A stretch of 64,000 bases of DNA from Candidatus Omnitrophota bacterium (GCA_015232565.1 JADFZK010000002.1:57-64056); one strand, 5' to 3'. Numbered from the stretch's first letter, positions 19,524 to 30,273 are shown. The notes: generated by a model not told the origin, from the sequence alone. Numbers and translations are program-made.

Positions 19524-19607
19524 ACCGCAATTTTACAGATTTTTCTGCCATTGTGCAGAATACTTTGAACTTTCTTGCTCCTAGGGTCTTAACAGCGGAC
19601 ACCAGCA

Positions 19608-19640
19608 CTTAATCTCACCTTAATACTCCCTTCATAAACA
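19608..19640 (+). promoter_or_regulatory. putative Pho box array (three 11-bp-spaced CTTMAT units) upstream of the porin
   Basis: CTTAAT at 19608, CTTAAT at 19619 and CTTCAT at 19630. Confidence 0.6.
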
Positions 19641-19686
19641 ACCGCTAAACTTGGATCAAATGTACAACCAAAACCAAGGAGGCGGT

Positions 19687-20982
19687 ATGCAGAGAAAGTT
19701 GTTGATGGTGTTTACAGCGCTGTGCGTTGTGGCAGGTCCTGGTGTGGGCTTTGCCGGGGAGGTGGATGTTTTGGTCCAGAAGCTGGTCGACAAAGGGATT
19801 CTGACTCCGTATGAAGCGCAAATAGTCCTGGATGATACCAAACAGGAAGTGGCCAAGCAAAATGCCAAGGGTACGAATGAGGCGATTCCGTCCTGGATCC
19901 AGACCGTTAAGATCAAGGGGGATTTGCGCGCGCGATATCAGATGGATTCCAGTAAGAATGCCAAAACCGAGAACCGTGGCCGGATGCGTATGCGCCTGGG
20001 GGTTGAGGCCAAGCCGAACGACAAGATGAAGGTCGGCATTGGACTGGCCTCGGGCAATACCGGTGATCCGCGTTCTACTAATAGTACCTGGGGCAAGGCT
20101 GTTACCGCAACTAATCCTGGCGGGACCGCGGGGTTAATCTTGGATTATGCTTATGGCGAATACCGGCCCATGCCCGAAGTGGCGCTGACTGCGGGAAAGT
20201 TCAAGCTGCCGCTGTGGCAACCCAACGATATGCTCTGGGATACCGATCTGAATCCTGACGGTCTGGCGGCACAATTAGACTTTGCTCCGGCGCAGGGCCT
20301 GGATGTTTACCTGAATAATTTGGTCTTCGTGATGATGGAAGATCGGAATTCAGATTATTCCGATCCGGTGATGTTGGCTGTTCAGCCTGGTTTTAAGTAT
20401 GCGATCACCGACTCTATCCTCTTGCAGGGCGCGCTGGCTTATTACCGGAACACTAATCTGGGTAACCGGGCCATCTTCAGTAACAGTTCCTACTCAACCA
20501 ATACCAGCGATGTGAAAGCAATAAATGGCGTATCTGCAACCAGGTATCGTTACAATTATGATGCCATCCAGCCTAGTGCCGAAATAGTTATCGATAGCCC
20601 TTTTGGCGAAAAGTCATTGCCTATGATAGCTTTTTCCGGTGATTACATTAATAACTTAAGTATGAACAAGGGGTTGAACGGCCGTGACGGTTGGGATGCC
20701 GCTGTTAAGTTTGGCGATAAGAAGGTAAGTGAAAAAGGCCAGTGGCAGTCAAAGTTGATCTATGCCCGTTTGGGCCGAGATGCTTTTCTGGATGTGTTCC
20801 CGGATTCAGATCGTTATGCCGGCAGGACCAATATGAAGAGTTATGAAGCAATTCTGGAATATGGCCTGGGAAAGAATACCTCGCTGGGACTGGATTACTA
20901 TTACGGAGAGTCTTTGAGCAGATCCGGGGCTACTACCAATCCGGCCCAGGTATTCCAACTGGACTGGAACTTAAAGTTTTAA
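19687..20982 (+). CDS. putative outer-membrane porin (Porin_5/ExtI-like) heading the pst operon
   Basis: signal peptide, EVDVLVQKLVDKGILT N-terminus, GDLRARY, RMRMRLG, amphipathic strands and terminal Phe; ATG at 19687 follows GGAGG. Confidence 0.8.
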   Translation: MQRKLLMVFTALCVVAGPGVGFAGEVDVLVQKLVDKGILTPYEAQIVLDDTKQEVAKQNAKGTNEAIPSWIQTVKIKGDLRARYQMDSSKNAKTENRGRMRMRLGVEAKPNDKMKVGIGLASGNTGDPRSTNSTWGKAVTATNPGGTAGLILDYAYGEYRPMPEVALTAGKFKLPLWQPNDMLWDTDLNPDGLAAQLDFAPAQGLDVYLNNLVFVMMEDRNSDYSDPVMLAVQPGFKYAITDSILLQGALAYYRNTNLGNRAIFSNSSYSTNTSDVKAINGVSATRYRYNYDAIQPSAEIVIDSPFGEKSLPMIAFSGDYINNLSMNKGLNGRDGWDAAVKFGDKKVSEKGQWQSKLIYARLGRDAFLDVFPDSDRYAGRTNMKSYEAILEYGLGKNTSLGLDYYYGESLSRSGATTNPAQVFQLDWNLKF

Positions 20983-20995
20983 GTCTTGGCCATTA

Positions 20996-21039
20996 CTTAA
21001 TGTGTTCTTAACCTGTTCTTAACAATCGAGCACTATACT
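20996..21039 (+). promoter_or_regulatory. putative Pho box array plus -10 element for pstS
   Basis: CTTAAT at 20996, CTTAAC at 21007, CTTAAC at 21018 (11-bp period), then TATACT at 21034. Confidence 0.7.
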
Positions 21040-21060
21040 TAGAAAAAAAAGGGAGAAAAA

Positions 21061-21933
21061 ATGAAAACGACTCTGCTGTTCACGATGTTTCTTGCCAGCT
21101 TTCTTATTGGCGTGGTTCCTGCTAATGCGGCCATGATCCAGGTAAAAGGTTCGGACACAATCATTAATCTGGTACAAAAAGAGGCCGAAGTTTTTATGCA
21201 GGCCGATCCATCTGCCAAGATCGCGGTGACCGGGGGCGGCTCCGGCACGGGGATCGCGGCTTTGATAAATGGCAAATGCGACATTGCCAATTCTTCCCGT
21301 ACGATCAATGCGAAAGAGATCGAGACCGCTTTGGCCAATAATGTTTCTCCGGTCCGGATCGTAATAGCTATTGATGGGTTAAGCGTGGTGGTGCATTCTA
21401 CCAATAGTGTGTCCAAGCTTACTATGGACCAGATCGGCGCGATCTATCGCGGCGAGATCAAGAATTGGTCCGAAGTGGGTGGTGCTAATATGCCGATCTC
21501 CCTATATGGCCGGCAGTCAAACTCGGGCACCTACGGGTTCTTCCGGGAAATGGTGCTAAAAGGGGAGTATGCCCAATCGATGAAAAGTATGAATGGCAGT
21601 TCGCAGATCGCGGAAGCGGTTAAATCGGATCCCTCTGGTATCGGGTATGTGGGGGTGGGTTATGCTAAAGCGGCGGCAGGCTTAACTGTGGTGTCGGTGG
21701 CTGCTAATGCTGGTTCGGCCTATGAAAGCCCGCTGGATGAAACGGCAGTCGATAACGGGAAGTATCCGATCGCGCGTCCTTTATACCAGTATGTAAATGG
21801 CACGCCCACTGGCAAAGTAAAGGATCTGATCGCGTTCGAGTTAAGCGCGCAGGGCCAGCAGATCGTAGCCGAAGAAGGCTTCTTTGTAATTACTTCCGAG
21901 TACAAGGCTGGTAATGCTAAAGCTGGTTTCTAG
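21061..21933 (+). CDS. pstS: phosphate ABC transporter substrate-binding protein
   Basis: KGSDT, GGGSGTG, NSSR, SGTY and YPIARPLY motifs. Confidence 0.95.
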   Translation: MKTTLLFTMFLASFLIGVVPANAAMIQVKGSDTIINLVQKEAEVFMQADPSAKIAVTGGGSGTGIAALINGKCDIANSSRTINAKEIETALANNVSPVRIVIAIDGLSVVVHSTNSVSKLTMDQIGAIYRGEIKNWSEVGGANMPISLYGRQSNSGTYGFFREMVLKGEYAQSMKSMNGSSQIAEAVKSDPSGIGYVGVGYAKAAAGLTVVSVAANAGSAYESPLDETAVDNGKYPIARPLYQYVNGTPTGKVKDLIAFELSAQGQQIVAEEGFFVITSEYKAGNAKAGF

Positions 21934-21948
21934 TCTCTTTCGATAATT

Positions 21949-22833
21949 ATGAAAATAAAACGCATTAAAGAGAAAGTAGTCGAGGGCCTGTTCTTCCTTA
22001 ACGGGCTGATCGTAATTATTATCCTGGCCGGGATATTTCTGCTTCTATTAAAGAATGCCCTGCCGGGTCTAAAAGAAATTGGCCTGATGGAATTCCTGGC
22101 TACCGGGTATTGGAATCCGGATGCCTATGGTAAGGCGACGTATGGCGCTTTATCCATGTTGGTTAGTACCGGGATGGTCACTATTGGCTCGTTATTGATC
22201 GCGGTCCCGCTGGGGATCGGCACTGCCGCTTATTTATCGGATGTGGCCAGTCCCAGGGTCAGAGAGATCGCCAAACCGGTGGTCGAGATTCTTGCCGGTA
22301 TACCGTCGGTGGTATTAGGTTTCCTGGGCATTGTCCTGGTTGGTCCACTGTTGGCCAAATTAACCGGAACTTATAATGGCCTTAATGCCATTAATGGTTC
22401 CATATTGCTGGCGGTCATGGCTTTACCGACCATTATCAGTTTGTCGGAAGACGCCTTGAATAGTGTGCCGCGTTCTTATGCGGAAGCCTCGCTGGCTTTG
22501 GGCGCTAATAAATGGCAGACAGTCACCCAGGTAAAAGTGCCCGCGGCGGCCTCTGGTATAGTGGCGGCTTGTATGCTGGGTATGGGGCGGGCGATCGGCG
22601 AGACCATGACGGTGCTCATGGCCACCGGCAATGCCGCCCAGTTCCCAACAGGATTCCTTTCTTCAGTTAAAACGATGACTTCAACCATTGCTATTGAGTT
22701 GGGCGAAGTGGCCTATTTTACCACTCATTTTTATATGCTTTTCTCGGTGGGGTTGGTGTTGTTTCTGATAACTTTTGTTATTAATTTGATCTCCGATATC
22801 GTATTCAATAAACATATGAAGATGCTCAAATGA
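21949..22833 (+). CDS. pstC: phosphate ABC transporter permease
   Basis: LAGIPSVVLG, EASLALGA and GRAIGETM motifs. Confidence 0.93.
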   Translation: MKIKRIKEKVVEGLFFLNGLIVIIILAGIFLLLLKNALPGLKEIGLMEFLATGYWNPDAYGKATYGALSMLVSTGMVTIGSLLIAVPLGIGTAAYLSDVASPRVREIAKPVVEILAGIPSVVLGFLGIVLVGPLLAKLTGTYNGLNAINGSILLAVMALPTIISLSEDALNSVPRSYAEASLALGANKWQTVTQVKVPAAASGIVAACMLGMGRAIGETMTVLMATGNAAQFPTGFLSSVKTMTSTIAIELGEVAYFTTHFYMLFSVGLVLFLITFVINLISDIVFNKHMKMLK

Positions 22834-23684
22834 AGATCAAACAATTAAAGGAAGTGCTGGGATTTCTGGCCTTGCGATTATGCATGGTGCTGGTAATGGC
22901 TATTCTGGTAGTGGTCTTCTGGGACATCGTTACTAAAGGCGGCGGGGCAGTATCCTGGGAGTTGCTGACTCAGCCACCCAAAGACGGCATGACTAAAGGA
23001 GGCATATTCCCGGCGATCGTAGGCACTTTACTGGTTACGTTAATGACGGCTCTTTTGGCGGTGCCTTTGGGCATGGGTTGTGCTATGTATCTCAATGAAT
23101 ATGCCCTGGATTGTAAATTCACCCGATTTATTCGGATGTCGATCCGCAACCTTTCGGGTGTGCCTTCGATAGTATACGGTTTGTTTGGCGTGGCCTTATT
23201 CGTTGAGGCTTGTAATTTTGGGACTTCTATTTTGTCGGCGGGTTGTACTTTGGGGTTGATGACTTTGCCTCTTACGATCACCGCCAGTGAAGAAGCGCTT
23301 AAAGCCGTGCCGCGTTCCTATCGCGAAGGGGCACTGGCTTTAGGGGCCACAAAATGGCAGTCGATACGCACCAATGTTTTGCCTTACGCTGTTTCCGGCA
23401 TGTTGACCGGAACCATACTGGGCCTTTCGCGGGCGGCAGGCGAGACCGCGCCCATTCTGTTTACCGGAGCGGCGTTCTTCCTGCCGGACCTGCCGGGGTC
23501 ATTGTTAAGCCAGTTCATGGCCTTGCCGTATCATTTGTACATACTGTCTACCCAGCATCACGATACTGCTTTGGTCCGTCCGCTCGCTTATGGAACGGCT
23601 TTGGTCTTGCTGATCCTGATCTTTATTATGAATCTATTCGCGATAATATTGCGATCCCGGTTAAGGCAAATGAAAAAGGAGTAA
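22830..23684 (+). CDS. pstA: phosphate ABC transporter permease
   Basis: [21 protein letters not shown] and RAAGETAP motifs. Confidence 0.93.
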   Translation: MKIKQLKEVLGFLALRLCMVLVMAILVVVFWDIVTKGGGAVSWELLTQPPKDGMTKGGIFPAIVGTLLVTLMTALLAVPLGMGCAMYLNEYALDCKFTRFIRMSIRNLSGVPSIVYGLFGVALFVEACNFGTSILSAGCTLGLMTLPLTITASEEALKAVPRSYREGALALGATKWQSIRTNVLPYAVSGMLTGTILGLSRAAGETAPILFTGAAFFLPDLPGSLLSQFMALPYHLYILSTQHHDTALVRPLAYGTALVLLILIFIMNLFAIILRSRLRQMKKE

Positions 23685-23688
23685 AATT

Positions 23689-24453
23689 GTGCCGTTAGCA
23701 AAAGTTAAGATAAAGATCAGTGATTTCAACTTTTATTATGGCCAGGTTAAGGTCATAAAGGGAGTATCGGTTGAAATGCTGGCCAAAAATGTAACCAGCA
23801 TAATCGGTCCGTCGGGTTGCGGTAAGTCTACTTTGTTACGTTGTTTTAACCGGATGAATGACCTGATTCCCGGAGCGCGCGCCGAAGGGCGGGCCGAGAT
23901 CGAAGGCGTGGATATTCTTGGCCCTCAGGTCGACGTTGTAGAACTGCGCAAACGGGTCGGTATGGTGTTCCAGAAGCCGAATCCATTTCCAAAATCCATA
24001 TTTGATAATGTGGCTTATGGCTTGCGGGTAAACGATATTACGGATCGTCTGATCATTGAGAAAAGGGTAGAACAAAGTTTGCGCTCGGCTGCCTTGTGGG
24101 ATGAAGTGAAAGACCGCTTGAAAGACAATGCGCTTAATCTTTCCGGCGGCCAGCAACAACGTTTGTGCGTGGCACGCGCCTTGGCGGTGGAGCCCGAGAT
24201 CCTGTTAATGGATGAACCGGCTTCGGCTTTGGACCCCATTGCGACCGCCCGTATAGAAGAGCTAATTGTGGAGTTGAAAAAGCATTATACAATTGTAATT
24301 GTGACCCATAATATGCAGCAAGCCGCGCGTATTTCTGATCATACCGCGTTTTTGATGCAGGGCGAGCTGGTGGAATATGGCAAGACGTCGGATATATTTA
24401 CCAAGCCAAGGAAGAAATTAACTGAAGATTACATCACCGGCCGGTTCGGCTAA
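23689..24453 (+). CDS. pstB: phosphate ABC transporter ATPase
   Basis: [25 protein letters not shown] and DYITGRFG motifs. Confidence 0.96.
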   Translation: MPLAKVKIKISDFNFYYGQVKVIKGVSVEMLAKNVTSIIGPSGCGKSTLLRCFNRMNDLIPGARAEGRAEIEGVDILGPQVDVVELRKRVGMVFQKPNPFPKSIFDNVAYGLRVNDITDRLIIEKRVEQSLRSAALWDEVKDRLKDNALNLSGGQQQRLCVARALAVEPEILLMDEPASALDPIATARIEELIVELKKHYTIVIVTHNMQQAARISDHTAFLMQGELVEYGKTSDIFTKPRKKLTEDYITGRFG

Positions 24454-24483
24454 CGGTATTAATCTTAAACGGAGAATGATCTT

Positions 24484-25176
24484 ATGAAGCGGCATTTTGA
24501 CGACGATTTACAGGCTTTTCATTCCAATTTGCTTAAGATGGCAAATATGACAGAGCGGTCAATTAATGCCGCGCTGGATGCTTTGCACAGTCGGGATGCT
24601 GCGCGGGCGCAGAAGGCGATTCGGGGAGATAATCGTATTGATACCATGGAGCTAATTATTGAAGAGCAGGGCATTGATCTGCTGGCCCTTCATCAGCCTA
24701 TGGCCAGTGATCTGCGGATGATAACGACCGGCCTTAAGATAAACTCCGAACTGGAGCGGATCGCCGATCTGGGCGTTAATATCTGCCAGCGGGTTATTGA
24801 GATCGTGGAACAACCTATCCTCAAGCCTTTGATCGATATCCCGTTATTGGCCGAACAGGCCAAATCAATGGTCCGTCAGGCCATTGATTCTTTCGTTAAT
24901 AAAGATGAAGAATTGGCTAAAAAAGTAATTTTAATGGATAATGAAGCCGATCGTTTGAAGAAAGTTATTCAAAGTGACCTGCTGAATGATTATATTGTTA
25001 AGGATGGTTCAACTGCGCCCCGGGCGGTGCCATTAATTCTGGTAGCTCGTGATCTGGAGCGTATTTGCGATCATGCTACGTATATTGCCGAGGATGTAAT
25101 ATTTATGATCGACGCGACGGTGGTAAAGCATCATCGTGACCGTTTACTGACCAAAGCAGTGGAGCAAAATGATTAA
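24484..25176 (+). CDS. phoU: phosphate signalling protein PhoU
   Basis: QPMASDLR, LERIAD and LERICDHA repeats. Confidence 0.95.
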   Translation: MKRHFDDDLQAFHSNLLKMANMTERSINAALDALHSRDAARAQKAIRGDNRIDTMELIIEEQGIDLLALHQPMASDLRMITTGLKINSELERIADLGVNICQRVIEIVEQPILKPLIDIPLLAEQAKSMVRQAIDSFVNKDEELAKKVILMDNEADRLKKVIQSDLLNDYIVKDGSTAPRAVPLILVARDLERICDHATYIAEDVIFMIDATVVKHHRDRLLTKAVEQND

Positions 25177-25864
25177 AAAAAGTGTGGTTGTAATCGAGGA
25201 CGATCAAAGTATTAACGAACTGATCCGCTTTAACCTGGAGAAGGATGGTTTCCTGGCTGAAGGATTGGCCAATGGGCTGGATGCGGTGAGCTTTATTGAA
25301 CAGCGCCTGCCGGCTTTGATCCTGCTGGATATCATGCTTCCCGGGCTCGACGGCTTTGAAGTGTGCCGGCGTTTGAAGAATAATGATAAGACCGCTCACA
25401 TCCCGGTAATTATGATCACCGCCCGCGGCACTGAAGTGGATGTGGTAAGAGGCTTGCAACTTGGTGCGGAAGATTACGTGGTTAAGCCTTTCAGCCCGCA
25501 AGTCCTGCTGGCGCGCGTGCGCGCTGTTTTACGCCGGGTCACTAGCGCTTCCGGACTGCACACTGGCGACCGGCGGATAATTGGCGACCTGGTTTTAGAC
25601 ACTGACAAGCATAAAGTCACCTGTAAGAACGAGGTGCTGGAAGTTACCGCCCTCGAGTTTTCTATCCTGGAATTCCTTTCCCGTTCACCCGGCCGGGTTT
25701 ATACCCGCGATCAGATGCTGGAGAATATCTGGAAAGAAGGCCGTTTCATTGTGGACCGGGCGGTGGATGTTCATGTGCGGAATTTACGCAAGAAGATGGG
25801 CGACGCCCAGGATCATATTGAAACTGTGCGTGGGGTAGGTTATCGGTTTAAGGAGATCGACTGA
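25169..25864 (+). CDS. phoB: OmpR/PhoB-family response regulator
   Basis: receiver domain plus winged helix (RAVDVHVRNLRKK, TVRGVGY); pst context. Confidence 0.88.
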   Translation: MIKKSVVVIEDDQSINELIRFNLEKDGFLAEGLANGLDAVSFIEQRLPALILLDIMLPGLDGFEVCRRLKNNDKTAHIPVIMITARGTEVDVVRGLQLGAEDYVVKPFSPQVLLARVRAVLRRVTSASGLHTGDRRIIGDLVLDTDKHKVTCKNEVLEVTALEFSILEFLSRSPGRVYTRDQMLENIWKEGRFIVDRAVDVHVRNLRKKMGDAQDHIETVRGVGYRFKEID

Positions 25865-25868
25865 GCCT

Positions 25869-27236
25869 ATGTTCAGGGAGCGGTTAAAACTATTCCTGTT
25901 GGTCTTTCTTATTGAAAGTGCCAGTTTTTTCATTGTTGCGCTTTGGTTTCATCCTTCCGTTCGGCCGGCTTTACCACTCTGGATCTCGGTTGCAGTGCTA
26001 GGATCTATTCTGGTGGCTTTAATGATCCATACCCGGTATTTGCGACCTTTAGACCGTTTGGCGGTTAAGGTGGCTCATGTCACACAAGGCCCGGTAACTT
26101 TTGCCGAAGGTAATTTACGCCGTGATGAACTGGGGGTCCTGGCTCGCCGCCTTAATGATATGGCCGAGGAATTCCGTAAGGAAGTCGAAAATGCCATTGG
26201 CGAGAAAGAAGAAGTGCGTGCGGTCATTACCAGTATGTCGGAGGGCGTTCTGGTTATCGGAGCCGATAAACGCATTTTACACGCCAGTCATCCGGTGATC
26301 CGTATGCTTGACCTGCGGGCGGGTAATCCGTACGGACGTTTTTATTGGGAAGTTTTGCGCCAGGAAGAGGTGGTTGCGGTTATCGAGTCCGCTTTGCAAT
26401 CCCGCGTAACCATCAGCCGGGAACTGGTGTCGTTAACCGAGGGGGCGTCTTTTAGTATGCACGCCGCTCCGGTTTTTGCGGCGGCCGAAAGATTGCATAG
26501 TGTGGTGGTGATCTTTCATGATATCTCGGCGATAAAGAAATTTGACCGTATGCGCGCCGAGTTCGTGGCCAATGTTTCGCATGAACTTAAAACTCCGCTT
26601 ACGTCTATTAAAGGCTTCGCGGAAACCTTAAAGTCGGGCGGGATCGATGACCCGGCAGTTGCCGTTCGTTTTCTGGGTATTATTGAAACACAAGCGCTGC
26701 GCCTGGAGAAACTGGTCTCCGATATTCTGTTCCTGTCGGCCATAGAAGCCCAGGAGTCGGCGGGTGAATTGCCAGCCCGGGAACCGGTATCTTTAGCAAC
26801 AATCATAGACGATGTCCTGGAAGCCCAGCGGGGGCAGATCCAAGCTCGCGGGCATGCCTTAACCAGGCTCATTCCAAATAATACTCCGCAAGTTCAAGGC
26901 GATCGGATACAGCTTGAGCAGGTTTTCTCCAATCTTATTAGTAATGCTATCAAGTTTACTCCGCCTAATGGAACTATTACTATTGAGGCGGTTGAAGAAA
27001 AGGGCCAGGTGCGGATCGATATAAAGGATACCGGCATTGGCATTCCGCCGGAACATACTGGACGATTATTTGAACGTTTTTACCGGGTAGATAAAGCCCG
27101 CTCGCAGGAAATGGGCGGCACCGGTCTGGGGTTAGCAATAGTTAAGCATATAGTGGCTTTACACGGAGGTAGTGTTTCGGTTAAAAGTACACCATCTGTG
27201 GGAACGGTCTTTTCGGTTTTTCTCCCCAGGCTTTAA
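25869..27236 (+). CDS. phoR: PhoR-like sensor kinase (TM-HAMP-PAS-HisKA-HATPase)
   Basis: EFVANVSHELKTPLTSI and FERFYRVDKARS...GGTGLGL motifs. Confidence 0.88.
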   Translation: MFRERLKLFLLVFLIESASFFIVALWFHPSVRPALPLWISVAVLGSILVALMIHTRYLRPLDRLAVKVAHVTQGPVTFAEGNLRRDELGVLARRLNDMAEEFRKEVENAIGEKEEVRAVITSMSEGVLVIGADKRILHASHPVIRMLDLRAGNPYGRFYWEVLRQEEVVAVIESALQSRVTISRELVSLTEGASFSMHAAPVFAAAERLHSVVVIFHDISAIKKFDRMRAEFVANVSHELKTPLTSIKGFAETLKSGGIDDPAVAVRFLGIIETQALRLEKLVSDILFLSAIEAQESAGELPAREPVSLATIIDDVLEAQRGQIQARGHALTRLIPNNTPQVQGDRIQLEQVFSNLISNAIKFTPPNGTITIEAVEEKGQVRIDIKDTGIGIPPEHTGRLFERFYRVDKARSQEMGGTGLGLAIVKHIVALHGGSVSVKSTPSVGTVFSVFLPRL

Positions 27237-27288
27237 TTTACCCTGTTTTCCGGCGCTTAATTAAACATAAATATTACACGACATTACT

Positions 27289-27447
27289 ATGAAAACTTCC
27301 TGCCAAAGCTGTCAGAACTGGACCCGTAAGAACGCCAACACCGGCTGGTGCGCCAATTTCAAGAAAGAGATCGTCAGTACAGTATATTGCGGTGAATGGC
27401 GTGCCAGGGTAGCCGCTTTAGTTCCTAAGGAATCTCAATTGTTTTAG
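27289..27447 (+). CDS. unannotated 52-aa four-Cys protein with HiPIP-like spacing
   Basis: my translation: MKTSCQSCQNWTRKNANTGWCANFKKEIVSTVYCGEWRARVAALVPKESQLF; fills the phoR-nadA gap; no SD seen. Confidence 0.55.
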   Translation: MKTSCQSCQNWTRKNANTGWCANFKKEIVSTVYCGEWRARVAALVPKESQLF

Positions 27448-27455
27448 CAGAGCAG

Positions 27456-27484
27456 TTGAATTAATTTTCGAGTTGGTATATAGT
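27456..27484 (+). promoter_or_regulatory. sigma70-like promoter for nadA
   Basis: TTGAAT-17 bp-TATAGT, ending 8 nt before the ATG. Confidence 0.6.
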
Positions 27485-27492
27485 ACCGAGCT

Positions 27493-28539
27493 ATGACAGC
27501 CCAGGAATTGTATGACAAACTCAAGAATATTCGCGTTGGCGGCAATGTTTGCCAGTATTCGCTTAAGAAATGCACCGAGCTGGCGCCTTTGGTCAACGAG
27601 ATAAATCGCCTCAAAGCCGAGCGGAATGCGGTCGTGCTTGCGCATTCTTATGTTGCGCCCGAGATCGTTTATGGGGTGGCCGATTTTGTGGGCGATTCCT
27701 ATAAACTCAGTCGTGACGCTATTAACACGGATGCCCAGGTGATCATTTTTGTGGCCGTCCGTTTTATGGGCGAAACGGCCAAGATCCTTAATCCCGCCAA
27801 AATAGTTATCGTGCCGGCCCGTGATCCGGGCTGTACTCTGGCCGATTCAATAACGGCCGCCGATGTGCGTAAACTGCGTACAGAATATCCCGACCACGCT
27901 TTTGTTTGTTATGTAAATACCAGTGTGGAGGTGAAAGCTGAGTGTGATGTTTGCGTTACCTCGGCCAATGTCTATGAGATTGTCGAGAAGTTTCCGGCGG
28001 ACAAGATCTATTTTCTTCCCGACAAGTTCATGGGCATTAATCTGGTGAATGAAATGCAACGCCGCAAAAGTCCCAAGCAGGTGCGTTTCTGGTCGGGCAG
28101 TTGTTATGTGCACGAGGAATATACCGCGGAACAGGTGTTCAAGATCCGCACCGAATATCCCGATGCCCGAATAGTGAGCCATCCGGAATGTAATGCGCAA
28201 GTGGTGGCTAATTCTGATTTTGTTGGCGGTACTGAACAGATGCTTGATTATATGAGAAAAAGCACTGCCCGGCAGTTCTTGATGCTTACCGAATGCGGCC
28301 TTTCGGCCCGTTTGCAATCCGAATTCCCCGACAAAGACCTGGTAGGCAGTTGTACTTTGTGCAAATATATGAAATCGAATTCGCTCGAGGATGTCCTTTT
28401 GGCTTTAAAGTCGCCGACCGCCGGACAGATCGTGACTATTGCCGAACCCATAAGGCTTAAAGCCCTGAAGTCTTTGGAAGCGATGTTTCAATATACGCAG
28501 GGAGTTAAATCGGCACCAGTAAAAGTTTCTTGCGAATAA
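27493..28539 (+). CDS. nadA: quinolinate synthase
   Basis: LAHSY, GDSY, VRFMGET, GCTLAD, YVNT, GSCYVH, HPEC and CKYMK motifs (three Fe-S Cys). Confidence 0.93.
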   Translation: MTAQELYDKLKNIRVGGNVCQYSLKKCTELAPLVNEINRLKAERNAVVLAHSYVAPEIVYGVADFVGDSYKLSRDAINTDAQVIIFVAVRFMGETAKILNPAKIVIVPARDPGCTLADSITAADVRKLRTEYPDHAFVCYVNTSVEVKAECDVCVTSANVYEIVEKFPADKIYFLPDKFMGINLVNEMQRRKSPKQVRFWSGSCYVHEEYTAEQVFKIRTEYPDARIVSHPECNAQVVANSDFVGGTEQMLDYMRKSTARQFLMLTECGLSARLQSEFPDKDLVGSCTLCKYMKSNSLEDVLLALKSPTAGQIVTIAEPIRLKALKSLEAMFQYTQGVKSAPVKVSCE

Positions 28540-28540
28540 A

Positions 28541-29665
28541 ATGACCATTGTTGAGACCAAATACGCCCAATTAGCCGATGCTGCCAAGCCCCTTAACCTG
28601 CGCGGCGGCGCGCGCCTGGGTCCGGTTACGGTGGCTTATGAAACTTACGGCGAGTTAAACGAGCGCAAGACCAACGCTATTCTTATAGAACATGCCTTTA
28701 CCGGCGATGCGCATGCCGCTTTTTATCATAAGGGTGACGTTAAACCCGGCTGGTGGGACGACATGATCGGCCCGGGCAAGCCTTTTGATACCAATAAATA
28801 TTTTGTGATCTGTTCCAATGTCCTGGGCAGTTGCCAGGGCACTACCGGCCCGGCTTCAATCGACCCCAAAACTGGCAAGCCTTACGGGCTTTCGTTCCCG
28901 GTCATTACCATTCAGGATATGGTAATGGTGCAAAAACTTCTTATTGATCATTTGGGCATTGGCAAATTATTAAGTGTTGCCGGTGGTTCCATGGGCGGAA
29001 TGCAGGCCGCCGCGTGGGCGGTTATGTATCCGCAGTCTATTCATTCGGCCATCATTATTGCTGCTTGTCATCGGCACACTGCCCAGCAGATCGCGTTTCA
29101 TGAGGTTGGCCGTCAGGCCGTTATGGCCGACCCCGACTGGTTGCAGGGTGATTATTACGACCAGGCGATCCCTAAGCGCGGGCTGGCAGTGGCGCGCATG
29201 GTAGGCCATATTACGTATATGAGCGAATCTTCCATGGAACAGAAATTCGGCCGTAAGCTCGTTAAAAAAGACGCGCTGGGTTACAATTTCTCCAAGGAAT
29301 TCGCGGTGGAAGGTTACCTGGAGTATCGCGGGCAAAGCTTCGTGGAACGGTTCGATGCGAACAGCTATCTTTATCTTACCAAAGCCATGGATTATTTCGA
29401 TCTTACCGAGGGCGACCGGAAATTAAGCCAGGTCTTTAGCGGCGTTACCGCCGATATGCTGGTGATCAGTTTTACCTCCGACTGGCTGTATCCTTCGTAT
29501 CAATCCCAGGCCATGGTAAGGGCGTTAAAAGCCAATGAGATCGAAGTCTCGTACGTTGAGCTGGCCTCCAATTATGGCCATGATGCTTTCCTGGTCGAGA
29601 TCGCCGAGCAGGCCAGGGCGGTTACCAATTATCTGGCCAAGGTTTATAAAGAACGGGTTATATGA
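28541..29665 (+). CDS. metX: homoserine O-acetyltransferase
   Basis: [23 protein letters not shown] and GHDAFL motifs. Confidence 0.93.
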   Translation: MTIVETKYAQLADAAKPLNLRGGARLGPVTVAYETYGELNERKTNAILIEHAFTGDAHAAFYHKGDVKPGWWDDMIGPGKPFDTNKYFVICSNVLGSCQGTTGPASIDPKTGKPYGLSFPVITIQDMVMVQKLLIDHLGIGKLLSVAGGSMGGMQAAAWAVMYPQSIHSAIIIAACHRHTAQQIAFHEVGRQAVMADPDWLQGDYYDQAIPKRGLAVARMVGHITYMSESSMEQKFGRKLVKKDALGYNFSKEFAVEGYLEYRGQSFVERFDANSYLYLTKAMDYFDLTEGDRKLSQVFSGVTADMLVISFTSDWLYPSYQSQAMVRALKANEIEVSYVELASNYGHDAFLVEIAEQARAVTNYLAKVYKERVI

Positions 29666-30261
29666 TCCCAATAGATTATGCCATTATCGCCGATATTATT
29701 GCTCCCGGCTCCAAAGTGCTCGACCTGGGCTGTGGCGAAGGTGACCTGCTGGCCCTGCTTAAGGATAAAAATGGTTGCCGGGGGACCGGGATCGAGATCG
29801 ACAGTAAAGCGGTCGTGCGTTGCCTGGAGCGCGGCGTTTCCGTGTCCCAGGGGAATATTAATGGCGACCTGGGTGTATACGACGATAACCGGTTTGATTA
29901 TGTGATCTTGAATGAAAGTCTCCAGCAGGTTTTGAATATTGAAGAAGCTTTGGATGAAGCGTTAAGGGTAGGCAAAAGGGTTATTGTGGGAGTGCCGAAT
30001 TTTTGTCAGTGGAAAGCGCGCCTGCAGGTTTTTTTCCTCGGCGAGATGCCGGTCACCGAACGCTTGCCTTATAAATGGTATAACACTCCAAACCTGCGCT
30101 TTCTCAGTTTACAGGATTTCCGGATCTTTTGTGCTCTTAAAAAGATCCGGATCGAGCGTACGCGTTACCTGGCCAATGGCCAGGAAGTTTACTTTTGCAC
30201 CAATCTGCTGGCCGATTCGGGGATCTTTGTGTTACGCCGTCCCGATACTATTAAAACTTAA
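29662..30261 (+). CDS. metW: methionine biosynthesis protein MetW
   Basis: [11 protein letters not shown] and [11 protein letters not shown] motifs; follows metX. Confidence 0.92.
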   Translation: MIPIDYAIIADIIAPGSKVLDLGCGEGDLLALLKDKNGCRGTGIEIDSKAVVRCLERGVSVSQGNINGDLGVYDDNRFDYVILNESLQQVLNIEEALDEALRVGKRVIVGVPNFCQWKARLQVFFLGEMPVTERLPYKWYNTPNLRFLSLQDFRIFCALKKIRIERTRYLANGQEVYFCTNLLADSGIFVLRRPDTIKT

Positions 30262-30273
30262 CCCAGGGGTAAT

